Source of the DNA: Mytilus trossulus
Taxonomy: Eukaryota
Direction: 5' to 3'
Length of the DNA stretch: 64,000 nt
Assembly: GCF_036588685.1 (NCBI RefSeq)
Contig: NC_086375.1
Coordinates: 89,094,001 to 89,158,000, forward strand
Shown here one piece after another: positions 37,093 to 49,700 of the stretch (its first letter is position 1; each line of letters starts with the position of its first letter). The notes beneath the pieces were generated by a model. It was given only the letters and a program-made list of their open reading frames with translations, made no database searches and was not told where the DNA came from. Position numbers and translations under genes: made by a program.

Positions 37093-40000
37093 CTGAAATG
37101 ATTTTGTTAATATGCAGGTTAATAATTTCGCTCCGATATGGTACCCTAAAACTGTTTATTTTCTATTCTGAAAAATAAGACTGTTTTATTGTTATAATAT
37201 CAGTTTGTCTTCTCGGTTGAATGTTTCCCATATTTCGCGTTATCGCGTTATCGATTTTGATCATTATCTTAAGTCAAACAGTGACGTGGAGTGTATGTGT
37301 TGTGAACCAATTGGGGAAAATATGAAGCAACACTCCTTATTCTTATCTAAAAAAAAAATTATTACAACTTGATTTTTTCTGACTAAGTATATTTTATATG
37401 TTTTCATAAATCCAACCAAAACTTTTATCCTATACATATGCATACCTTTTGTAGATGATCATTGTCATGGTAACTATAAAAACCATGAAAACTAAGATAC
37501 TTCCTGCCACTGCAGCTACTAATGTAACTAAAAATGTAATAACATTAAGTTACAATTAACCTTCTAAAATTGGACGAAGTTACAATTAACCTTCTTTTTA
37601 AAAGCGGATGATCTTTCATTGACAAAGAGAAAATCAAAATATCAATCACATATAAATCAAGTTTATGATATTAATGGAAATAATAGAATTAACACATACG
37701 TTTGTACTAACTCTATAGCCGACAATACGTTATTTCTCATTACAGAAGGCCGTACGGTTGCCTAACTTAGATCTACTTCATTTCTACCTTGGTGACAGTT
37801 GTCGCTTTGCCACATCTCCATATTTTGATAGAGTATGAGATACCTGTCATGTATAAATACAATAACGATATTCGTTTTAAGGTTTATGCAATTAACAAAA
37901 GTTATGTGTTCCACGACACCGCGATATTTTTTCGTTGTATGATGTCATCGTTTCATTTTTTGTAAAAAAAATAAAATTGCTGAGTTTGTCAGTCAAAATT
38001 GATTTCGTACGTGTACTATGCAGTACAACTTCTTAACATGTTCATCTGTTTACGTAGAGGACTACATACACTTCTGACACCTGCTCATACGTCAGGCGTA
38101 CTACATCGAAAGCGTAATTTAGCTGATTATTTTGTTTATCCATAACGTTGTACTTACTATTTATTGCGTCTTGATGATTGTTGTCTGTGAAGAATAGTAC
38201 AAATAATAGAATTATATACAACCAAAGATTATTCAGATTTTTTTGTGAAATTGATATTTATTCGAAATCTGATTATTCACAACTTTTAAAGAGCTATATT
38301 GTCCTGACGTATATCGTGGACTATGTGATACCCTTTAGATACAATTAATCCATAATTTATGTATTATTTAGGTCCATCAGCATCTGTTATAAATTAATAA
38401 ATTTACCTTTGGCTTTTGGGATTTTGCCAGTCCATATATTCCTTATCTGGATGACTTTTTATATTTTTTAAAAAGACAATGTGGTTAGGGAACAAGTATA
38501 CAAATTATATGTACCTGTTCCGATCAACATCCTCCTGATCCGTCTGAGATTCTACCTTATAATACTGAATTGACTGCAATCAAACGTTATGAACAGTACT
38601 GTATTTACCGCAGTAGAAAAGTTTGAAAATTGCCTGAAAAGCTGAACAAGAATGCATAATCCATTGTTCAAACTTTTCAGATCATAAACAACTCTAAATG
38701 AACGTTAAAGACTAAAATAATTTATTTGTGTATATGGAAAGTACACATACCGTCTTGAACTACACTGTACATTGACACAAATGTTGTATTTTGACCCCCA
38801 CATGTTTCATTTCCATTTCCTGGGCAAGGTGAATTACAGAATGTTTCGTTGATTTCAGTATGGGCTGGTTCTTTACTGCAGCAACACTTAGCGACATTAT
38901 GTGAGTCCAAAATATCTCCATCCACGTGACCCTTCAAAGAAATATATTGAGTGCTCTCTTTCTTTCTGTCATATTTCTAGTATATAACTTGAATTAATAA
39001 TAAATCAAATAATAGACTGCCTTTAAACTACTTCCTATACATATCATATTTTGTAACTTGGCCCCTGCTATTCTGATTTGATGCATTTCATGTAAAATTA
39101 TCAGAAAGAAACAATTAAATGTACCTTACTCAAATATAGTATCATAATATCCGATTGTAGTTCGTATGGTGACCAATACTTTTTACGTCTATGTCCTTTT
39201 GTTTCGAATGAAAACTTGTCTCTTTGGCAGTAATACCACATCTTCTGATTTCTAAACTAACTATAATTACTGCTTACAATAGATAACTTGGAAATGAAAA
39301 CTTCCAAATTTTGAACTTCTCTTTTCTTTGTAGCAACACTCAAACAGCGCCTGCATGTAAAGTATACATCTCCAAGGAATCGATAACCTTATTTGTATGA
39401 AGTTAAGTCTTTCGGAATTTTAGGTCCTCAAAGCCCTGTGGCCTTTTAATACATTTTATTCGAGCGTTACTGAAAGCTAGTTCAAAGCCTTTAACAACTA
39501 ATATAAAAGCCATACATCTGAATTATATAACATATAGATAGAGAGAAGCGTGAGAGCAAATTAAAATAAAACAACCTACCGAAGTTGCTGCCCAGGTATA
39601 ATGCTGTTCATCACAAAATTTAGAACACATTTCAATCGACATATAGCTACTCATAAAGGAAATGTTAGAATCAAAACCAGTGAAGCATCCATGAAATAGG
39701 GACAGGAAACCTGTAGTACAAAACAAAACAAAAACAGTTTGCAATCATCTTTTAATTGTTTAGTATTTGGAACAGATATATCATTTTTAAAAGGAGGTCG
39801 AGAGTAGCATTTTTTGTTTTGGAATTAGAATGTTGAGATTTTCCAAATGAATTCGTTATATGTACATAATATTGTAAATACAGGCAACAGTAGTATACCG
39901 CTGTTCAAACTCATAAATCCATGGACAAAAAACAAAATCGGTATAACAAACTAAAACCGAGGGAAACGCATTAAATATAAGAGGAGAACAACGACACAAC

Positions 40001-42846
40001 ACTAAAATGTAACACACAAGGAAACGGACCAAACATCCGTTAATCGTGCTATCTATATTATATATAGCTAGATTGGACTCCTTTTTCCGACGTAGTCGGT
40101 ATAGTTTCGGTTTGAGCACTTTGAACTTAAGGACGCTTCACTATGGCAACAGACTTCGCATGCTCGAAAATCTTTTCTGTGATTGGACAAAATGATGGCA
40201 TGGCGGGTGATTTGGTTGTGTTTGAAAAAACGTCTCGAAAATTATATCGTGATGGAAAGCAAGTGAAAAACTATAAATATTTGAACTAGATTTTTCAAAG
40301 ATTTATATTTTTATTAAAATAATTGTTTCTCCAATAGCTCTTTGCATCCATGACAGCTGTTTATTCGGGACAATAATATAATTATATAATTTTTAATTTA
40401 AACTTTGTTGTACGAACGTACATGACTTTTAGAACGCACCTATGCATCTAAGATTTCCGCGGGCTTTTGGTGAATGTAAACAGAAAGATACTACTTATAC
40501 TACCAATAGTTTCTAGCTTTGTTAACCATGAATTAAGTTTAATGTAAACAGTAGTAAATGTATATTTGGTTTTTTTATTTGTACTAGATTTTTTGACAAA
40601 TAAAATATTTAGGTGTCATCACAATATTCTTATATATTATTGCCTAAATATAACCAGACTTAGGGAGCTACCATTTGATTTTTAGGGGGGGTGGGGGGTG
40701 GGGGCTAGGATGACAAATTTTGTCCTGCATTTTTTTTAGCTGTAATCTCTGTCCTGCCTTTTTATCAAGCTTTCACTTTGTTCGGTCCTGCCTTTTTTTT
40801 TTTTTTATCCTGATTTTTTTTTTTTGCAAGTGTCTCATCCTGCCTTTTTTTTTTACTAAAAACTCCTGTCCTTCCTATTTTTATCAAATTTCATCCTAGC
40901 CCCCCCCCCCCCTAAAAATCAAATGGTAGCTCCCTTAGTAAAGAATTTCTTGTAGTTACATTCAGATGGAGATTGTATTAAAGAGGTCCTGCATCATTAA
41001 GTCATTGTGCTTCTGAAGGTTAACGAAATGATAGTTTTAAACATATACTCAAATTTAAATACGTCGGATATCTTTTTTAAAGATAGTTCTTGTTTATCAG
41101 TAGGGCGAGATTGAATGTTTTGTTCCATTGGGTTTGCTCAATTTCCTTTTCTCAGTGGTCGAGTTTGCAAGGTATGCATCAGTGGGATTGAACTTCGTTT
41201 TATGATTCGGTCAGTCTTTATTCATCATGAATTAACTGCTGCTCACGATAGTACCTAGCTTATCAAATTGGCGACTTTGCGTTAAGCGGTATTGCCCTCC
41301 TTTTATCAGTAGCGGAAGTTGGTTAGTAAACGTTTGATAAGTTGCATGCTGGGCGTGGAAATTGTCGAGCAAGTTCATTTTCACTTATATTGCATTGAAT
41401 GTTTTCTCCTTTTAAGAATTATACGCAATAGGGAGGTTTCGCGTAAAACGATATTTACACGCAAGCAAAATAGAGAGTTATACAATGGCGGAAATTGACA
41501 GTGTGACCTTGCAGCAGGCTGCTAAAGGAACACACTTTTGCAGGATGAAAGATATAAGCCAAAAAAACATATATAGGCTAAACGTTAGCCGCGTCGTCAA
41601 TTATTTTCAATTTTTGTTGCGAATTTATTTTTTCCCAAAAAGTGACTGAGGGGCAACTGCATCCCTTGTCCCTATCCATCTAGTTTGAAACAAAAGAGGG
41701 GCAAAAGATATCAGCCAAACTTATAAATAGAAAATAAACTGACATTGCCATGTATAAAAATTAAAAAGACAAACAGACAAAAAATAGTAAAAGAGACACA
41801 ACATAGAAAACTAAATTAAGCAACAAGAACCCCAAAAAAAATTGGGGTGATCTCAAGTGCACCTCAATTTATATCCCTGAAGTTTTTAGATAAAAAAAAA
41901 TTTCTTGATATTTAATATGCTTTACATCAGGAAGTTTGAAGGTTACATATATCCTTTTCCAGATATAACAATCAGTTTGTTAAGCTTTAGTTGAAAGAAA
42001 AATGTCATACAAATCCGTGAAATAGGTCATATATGTAGCATTTATAATAAATAGTCTATATTTTTGGACTGAAAATTTCCATATTATCATGCATAGTCTG
42101 ACATAAAGTCAAACTTTATTTATATACCGTAGTCCGTGTTTTGATAGACTGAAGAAAACAATTCGAAGGGGAATCGTCTTTCTCTTTACTCTATTTTCAA
42201 AGTTTAATAATTCAAACAAATCTAGTAGAAATAGGACTTCTCTTGACATTTCACACCTTATTTGTAAAGAAGGCTGATTGATTGACTTTTGCATTACAGT
42301 GAACAATATTTTAAGAATTTGTAGGACGGAAAAAAATGAAAATTAAAGTTGCTTCAAAGTGAATTGACCAGGATAAAAAGTGGAGATTAGGACTACCACA
42401 GGAAAAATGAAGACATGGACTGGAATTGCTCTTGCAACATGGCACCCATGTAGACCTATCAAAGAGCGGTTGCAACAGTTCCCGAATGTGCAGAGACCGT
42501 GGCATTCACAATACACAAGCCATTGCATTTCATATTCTGACAAGACGTGGCTTCGTATTTATACATCCTGTACAACCAAGACGTCTCTCTTTTGACAGTT
42601 TTATTCCCAGATGAGAGTATCCAGTGAAGACATAATATCTATACCTAACCAAGCCTTTTTTATTTCAAAGGAAAAGTGGCGTCGGCTACAGTAATTAGGA
42701 ACATTACGTAATCTACTTTTTTATTCTTTTTCTTTTAAACTGACAGTGATAACAATAACCCTAAATACAATACTATACTCACATTTAGACTGTCCCGTAT
42801 AAAAAAATAATAATATCAAAGCAACAACATAACCATTCCTTTCCAT
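36495..42846 (-). CDS. WSC-domain type I transmembrane receptor A (~375 aa): complement join(42846-42783, 39710-39580, 38976-38751, 38184-38158, 37527-37446, 37092-36495)
   Basis: All introns GT-AG with phases 1,0,1,1,2; total 1128 nt in frame. SP MERNGYVVALILLFFYTGQSKC; WSC FHGCF..MSIEMCSKFC..YTWAAT..CCCS..CNSPCPGNGNETCGG..SMYSV; TM LVAAVAGSILVFMVFIVTMTMIIY; Tyr-rich acidic tail. Confidence 0.85.
37446..37527 (-). CDS. Receptor A exon 5: transmembrane helix
   Basis: ttttAG|...TLVAAVAGSILVFMVFIVTMTMIIYK AG|GTATG. Confidence 0.85.
38158..38184 (-). CDS. Receptor A exon 4: 27-bp microexon
   Basis: cttcacAG|ACAACAATCATCAAGACGCAATAAATA|GTAAGT, phase 1-1; same size and position as in paralog B. 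Confidence 0.7.
38751..38976 (-). CDS. Receptor A exon 3: WSC C-terminal half
   Basis: CCCS..CNSPCPG..CGG..SMYSV; donor G|GTATGT. The acceptor at 38976 is the nearest in-frame AG (less certain). Confidence 0.8.
39580..39710 (-). CDS. Receptor A exon 2: WSC N-terminal half
   Basis: actacAG|..FHGCFTG..MSIEMCSKFCDEQHYTWAATS|GTAGGT. Confidence 0.85.
40663..40934. mobile_element. PIF/Harbinger-type MITE in intron 1 of receptor A
   Basis: TIR GGGAGCTACCATTTGATTTTTAGGGGGG / CCCCCTAAAAATCAAATGGTAGCTCCC; TTA TSD at 40660-40662 and 40935-40937; internal TCCTGCCTTTTT repeats. Confidence 0.9.
42783..42846 (-). CDS. Receptor A exon 1: signal peptide
   Basis: ATG..MERNGYVVALILLFFYTGQSK T|GTGAGT; phase 1 matches exon 2. 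Confidence 0.75.
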
Positions 42847-43429
42847 AATTATCACAATCGAGTTTTTTCAGTTTAAAGTCGTCAAAACACACCAATATCG
42901 TGTTCCTTTTGGAGTGTTTTAAAAATAACCTATTCGACAAAAAATTGATATATTTATTTTATTGCGATGTCACCTATTGCGTGTGTTGTGTATAAAAGGT
43001 AAATTTGTAAAACGCTAACGATACTGGTATGGTATCCGGTCAATTTAAGAAAGTTTTGGAGAATGTAAGGTTTTATTAATTAATGATATATTCTCGTTTG
43101 TTCATTATAAAAGATATATAATGTATATGTTGTCAAAACTACTACGGATTCTCTAGACTCTGGGTGTGTCTCCCTATGGTCAGGTAATTATTGCAGATCT
43201 TTATAAAGTCCATTTAACCATACAATTTAACAAAAATTAAATTGAATTTATGTATAAAGAAAAAACGCGTCAAATGAATTGTGTAAGTTTAACGTTTCTG
43301 ATATATAAAGTATGTGACCTTTCTAATAGATAATATAGATTAGTATGTCAATGATGTTCGGTTTTCGTTTGACCAAAAGGTCAATAACACTATGTACAAA
43401 AGTACGTTGACAGTAGACTACGATGTCAT

Positions 43430-43630
43430 ATGTGGTTTTGTGTAAGTGTCAATATTCCTAATATGTGTACACTACTTTATTTGTAGTTTCTGTTAGAGTG
43501 TCATTATTCCTCATTTGTGTAGACTACTACGTTTGTAGTTTCTTTTAAAGTGTCAATATTCCTCATATATATGCACCACTTTATTTGTAGTTTCTGTTAG
43601 AGTGCCAATATTCCTCATTTGTGTGCACAA
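43430..43630. repeat. ~50-bp tandem repeat, ~4 copies, interrupted by nested insertions
   Basis: TTTGTAGTTTCTGTTAGAGTGTCAATATTCCTCATTTGTGT..ACTACT units; the motif resumes near 44436. Confidence 0.75.
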
Positions 43631-43734
43631 AATAAAGGCAACAGTAGTATACCGCTGTTCGAAATTCATAAATCGATAGAGAAAAAACTAATCCGGGTAA
43701 CAAACTAAAACTGAGGGAAACGCATCAAATTTAA

Positions 43735-44125
43735 CGTCGCTGGGCTTCAAATAACATTTTTTGTCGAAAAAAAATTTGGTCAAAATACATGCTTCAAAAA
43801 AGTGTCGTATGTGACTTTGCAAAACTTTTATAAATTGCAGTGAAATAAAAACTTTGACATTTCTTAATTACTTTCACAGTAATAAAGAAATGTACATGTG
43901 TTTGATTCCAAAAGCCATTATACATTTTCATACAACATTTCGGAACCAAACTTAACAAACAACTGACATTGGAAATTTTGTAACATGTCTTATTTCAAAT
44001 GTTTAATTTGGTCTAATTGTATGCTTCTTTGGAATATCAGAGATGTCATCCAGCCAAGACTATTTGTGTCAAAAAGTATTTTTAGCCACAAAAGTCATAT
44101 ATGACATTTTGGAAGCCCAGTGACG
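43735..44125. mobile_element. MITE nested in an inverted family C repeat
   Basis: TIR CGTCGCTGGGCTTC / GAAGCCCAGTGACG. The host sequence CGCATCAAAT..ATAAG..AACTACGACAC rejoins across it. Confidence 0.75.
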
Positions 44126-46173
44126 ATAAGAAAACTACGACACAATACAATACAATACAATACAATATTTTTATTGTCAATCAAGGACGCCCTAAAAGAG
44201 CAATATAATTACAAGCAATTTGTTACAATGATTATTATTAATTCTTAATGATATGACACACAGACACACAACACCAAAAAGTAACACACACAGAAACGAA
44301 CTATAACGTAACAATGGCCATTTTCCTGACTTGGTACAGGTCATTTTATGAAAAAATGGTGACAATGTTAATTATTACATTAAATTGACAACATTACACG
44401 ACAGGGCTACAAAAAATAAATGGGAGAAAATATTTATTTGTAGTTTCTGTTTAAGCACCAGAATTATTATCTTTGCAATCTAACTGTTGATGAAGATGAT
44501 TTAAATTATCACAGGAATGCTGTCTCTTTACTGTGATGTCGTTAACCGATACTGCTTTGTATTGATCTGATGAGTTAAGCCTTTTCCAAATGATTTTTAT
44601 AGTTTGTTCTCATTGTGTGCTATGTCAACTTTAAGCAAAGGAGGATTGAAAATGTTTAACCACGACAAATTGTATAATGGCTTGTCCTAAATCATGAGCC
44701 TGTAGTTCAGTGGTTGGCGTCGGTTCATGTCAGTCATATTTAATTTTCGCGAATTGTTTTGTAATAAAACAGGCCGAAAGTTTTCTCAGTTGCATTGCCT
44801 AGAATTAGCATGTCGGGGTCTTTTGTAATCGATTATACGGTATGTTGAGGTTTTTCTTTATTTTAAAAAGTGGTACGATTGCCTATAACTGCTTTCATCC
44901 ACTTAATTTGAATATGAGTACAAATGAGACATTGCTTCGACCAAATAAAATGTGTAAAAAGTAGATTATTAGTCAAAGAACGGATTTCAACACTGATCCC
45001 ATCATCAACCCGAACATCAGGCTATAATTATTATAAAGGGCCCAAAAATGGCTGGTGAAAAACAATTCAACAAGGACAACCTACGGTCTAATTGATATAA
45101 AAACGAGAAACACTTATCAACCACATCCACAAACGACAACCACTGAACAAGAGCTGCAACCAAATGATGCGGGGTTAAACGTTCACCATAACTTGAAATA
45201 GTTTTGTAACCTTAAAACATAGAAAGACAAATGCCCTAAATTCCTGATAGTTTCCATTTGAGCATTTTAACTTTTTCTTGTATAACCACAATCGTGTAGT
45301 CATTACGGATAAGATTTTATCGACCCAATTTTAATTTTAACGACATTTGATCACTCATCTTTGACTTCGTGCAGGAATGTTATTGCCAGACCATACGCTG
45401 AAAATGAACATTTCTGACGAGATATATTGTCGTTGGTGTGTGGTGTTTATGTAGTGATGCTGCAGAGGTTAAAGACAGGAACATATTAAGAGATTCAGTC
45501 GTTGTCATTTTATTTTATTTTTAAATTGTATTCCTCCACGAAGTTGAATTGGTTCTTTTAAATAAAATACATCCAAGGCAAAGTATCACAAAATATTTTT
45601 TTTTATCATTTTCTCTCATTTTCGCCATAACTAGCACGTATTTTAAATACAGTAACACATTCATTATACACCAATCAATCATGTTAGTGTTATACACAAG
45701 GACAATGGCTTCCTTTTCGTAACTCGAATTTGTCAAAAGAAGTAACATCATGATTTCTTTTGAATTAACATAATGAATTATTTGTGTTGTTCGTTTTATC
45801 TGCACACAAGTCAAGTATTTTTAATTCGTCCTTCGTCTTTTCTGTACATTTGTCCGGTTTCTTGTTCTTTCCGTATGTTTGTCCCGTTTTTTGGGTTTTT
45901 TTTTTTTTACATTTGTCACGTTTCTTGTTCTTCTTGTATGTTTGTCTAGTGGTTTTTGATTTGTCCGTTTATGACTCCTTGTTAACATAATAGGATAGCT
46001 CTTTTTCTATCCGCTATTTAACACACTCCTAAATGATTTGTCTATCGTTATGATTGATATTTTTGAGGGAATGAACTTGTTTTTGGTTCAATTCAGATAT
46101 TCAAAAGAATTGCATTGGCAAATAATTGTAAGCAAAACAATATCATGATGCTTATTTCTAGTCTTTTCAATGT

Positions 46174-46765
46174 TTACTGTGACATCATAAATTCATATTC
46201 TTTCTCTGTCTTTTCAAGAACTTGTGTATCACTTTTGATGGCATCTTTCTCAGAGTAAGCATTAAGCTTTGAATAAAGATGTGGTTCGCTTTCTGTTCTC
46301 ATGGGGATTTCATATTCTTGAGAGTTTTGTTCGTCAATGTTGTAATACAGCTCAACATTGTCATTTGACTTCTGATTTAAATTTCTTTCGACTTTATTAG
46401 AGTTTTCAATAATATTTATATATTGCTGGTTAATTTCGTTCCTGTTTGTATTTCTGGCAGGTCTATCCCTTAAGGTTTCCTCCACGGTTTCATATTTGAC
46501 GTCGTCTTCGTCATCAGTTTCAATCTTCATCTCTGATTCATCAGTACATTTGTTGATCGACTGATTAGTTTCACTTTTGTTCTGATATCCAACAGTCTCA
46601 TAAAGTTCCCTTTCGCTTATATTACTATTACTGTGATCAGTATCGACATAATAATTAAGCTTTCCTTTATTATCTGATTTCATGTTACGTGACTTCATTT
46701 CATTGTTTTTGTTTAATATCAAACTCTTACATTTAATGTTAGATGCTGTAGAACATGTTTGATAT
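46174..46765 (-). CDS. Receptor B exon 6: cytoplasmic Tyr-motif tail
   Basis: ctttctttcAG acceptor in frame with ORF 46174-46722; motifs YETV x2, YQNK, YINI, YYNI, YEIP, YSKL, YEFM. Confidence 0.85.
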
Positions 46766-49700
46766 CTGAAAGAAAGTGAGAAAATGAAGAAACAGCAGTG
46801 ACTGAAAATGAATAAGGTACTGAAACAGAACGTTCACCCTTATTCATATATCTTTTTTAGTTTCTTCCTCTATTTCTTTCTAAATTTACATAATCCAGCC
46901 CAGAAATATTGAAATAGAAGATGGTTTACATGTGTTTGATTTTGATTTCATTTTGATTTTATATTATGATATTGTAATGCACTATTATATATTATTATAA
47001 CATTGTCATATAAACAGGAGATTTGACTAGGCGTTAAAAAAAGGTTTAATCCCCTATTTGTTCTAAATGTCCTGTATCCAGTCAAGAATATGACAGTAGT
47101 TATCAAATAGCCCGTTTCTAAGTATGTTAGCATTTTCTTTTGTTGCAGTTTAGTGCTTCTGATATTCAGTTGTAACCCGGTTTTGTTTTCCCTTAAACGA
47201 TTTATACCTTATGAACAGCGGTATACTAGTTTGAAAGTTTTCTAATATTTTGTTGATATTCTTTAAAAATGAGGGGAAATATTGCCGTTTTTGGTTTATA
47301 TATATGTTATATATTATACAATTTTGTAAATTTCCAGTAACAAATAACCCAGGTTTCGTTGACCACCCTGCACTGTGACAGCGACCTAGACAGTGTTCGA
47401 GTGATAAATTATTAATTTCTAACTATTTTCTATCATGTTTCTTACCTTCTGCAAATAATCAAAATAACAACGGCTACCACCATGACACAAATAACTGCAA
47501 AGATTGCTCCTACCACTATACCAATAGTATTGCCTGAAGTAAATACGATTACTTCAAATATTAAGAAACAACATACACGGATTCTTTCGCATCAGTATTT
47601 AGACTTATACCTCGAATTTGACATACACAGTCATCTCAGTACGAGATTCTATGACATACGAGATGATTTTTGTTTTGAAATTATCGACTTCCCCATATTA
47701 GTAGCACTATACTAACTTCACCTACACATGAGATATACATTTCCAAGCTTATTCGGTGTTCAGGTTGCTGCAGATACTTCTCCGACTTTCTTAAACGTCA
47801 TTTTATAAAATTTACTGTTTGCAAAAGTATAAATTATTCTAAATAATAAGAAAACCCTGGCCGTATTGTGCACGACTTTTTTTTAACTTTGGTCCTCGGT
47901 GCTGTTCAACTTTGTACTTGTTTTGGCTTTCAAACTTTTTTATTTGGGCGTCTCTTATATTTGACTGTGAATTCACATTACTATAAGACGTGCCACGTTA
48001 CTTTTCTATCCCAAGTTCATGTATTTAGTTTTGATGTTATATTTTTTTTTCACATCGGATTTTGTCTAATGCCTATTTCGTTTCTGTGTATGTGACATTT
48101 TAAAGTTGTGTCGTTGTTCTCCTCTTATATTCAATGCGTTTCCCTGAGTTTTAGTTTTTACCCGGATTTGTTGGGGGTCTTTTTTTTTATCGATTTATGG
48201 GTTTCGAACAGCGATGTACTACTGTAGCCTTTATTTGTACAATTGACCAAAAATATGCCATTTCTATTTAAAACAAAGCGTAGATGGAAATCCGAAAAAC
48301 AAGATTCGGTAAATGCCTGTTGTTTCCTTGGTTGATAAATTTCATAAAAAGTTTTATTTTATCAGTTTTTATGAACTTTACCCTGTTTAAATGTACCTTG
48401 GAATTCGATATTTTGAAAAATTGTTTTTTCTACAATATGTATTATGACATCGTTCAAAGTGCTATGACTTATAACTTTATTTTATTGTTTTCCGTGCATA
48501 CTTATAAACAGGATATTATCATTAAAAATCACTTACGATTATTATGTCCTGTGTTCTTGTAACCTATAAAACATAATTATTAGAATGGTTATTTTTCCCT
48601 ATAAACTCTTATATTCTTCTCTTCACACTACACAAAAGAGAAATTTTCTACAATAATCTTTGATATGAAAACCAAATCAGCTCCCAACAAAACATAAGTT
48701 GCTATAAAGCAAATGATGTCACTAATATGTATACTTTAATGCTTGAAAATTTCGTAAAAAGGGAAATAAATAAGACAATAAATAAAAAGATGACATCTTT
48801 ATGCTATCAACGACAGAGCTTCACTTCTACTAATTACTCTCAACCAAAAGTTGAACTGTTTGGGTATATGCTTTTGATTTGTGTCAAATAATGCAGTTTC
48901 CCTGTGGTGTGTTGTTTACAAGATAGACAGAAAAAAGGTTTATCTATATATTCAAAGAGTAGTTTGAAAATACTCAAAAATGATTATCAACCGGCGTCGT
49001 ATCCGCTGATCCCTTTACACACGAATAAACTGTAAAACACGTAGTCAGCTGCTTCCAACGTCATTTGACACTATTTATGACAATAAATATTAATGTACAT
49101 ACCACCCATAGCTATACCATAAACAGAGAAAATTGTTTGGTTGTAGCCACCGCATATTTCATCCGGACTTTTTGGACATGGAAAACTGCATAAACTTTCG
49201 TTCACTTTATTCATAAGAGTTTCATTACTACAACTACAAATGATATATGCCTCATAAGCATTTGTCAGAAAAAGTGCGCCAGTTATCTTGATCTAAAATT
49301 AAGAAAAAACAGATTACTAATATTTATGAAGTTATATGAATGTTTCTGTTAAAAGTTCCAACCTAGATTTTTATGAGAACAAAACATAAATTAAAATATT
49401 GAAGACGTTTGATTATACCAGCACTGCAAATGATCATACTGAAGTTATGTATGAATTTATACAATTAAAAAAGAAAAAATCATATCACAGATTATCATAC
49501 AATTACATGGCACAGACCATATTTATCTTTCAACAAATCATGAATATTTTATAAACTGATGCAGTGTTTATATCATTTTATTGACAATTTAATGACTATC
49601 CAGTCTTAAACTGTTTCAAAAGTGTCATCAATCAACTTATTGGTAAATGGTTACTTACAGATAACGCAGCCAGGCTATAGTGACCTATTTTACAATATTC

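Noticed and set aside
38514-38633. Possible extra stalk exon of receptor A
   Set aside because: Both nearby acceptors meet stop codons in the required phase-1 frame, and the model is complete without it.
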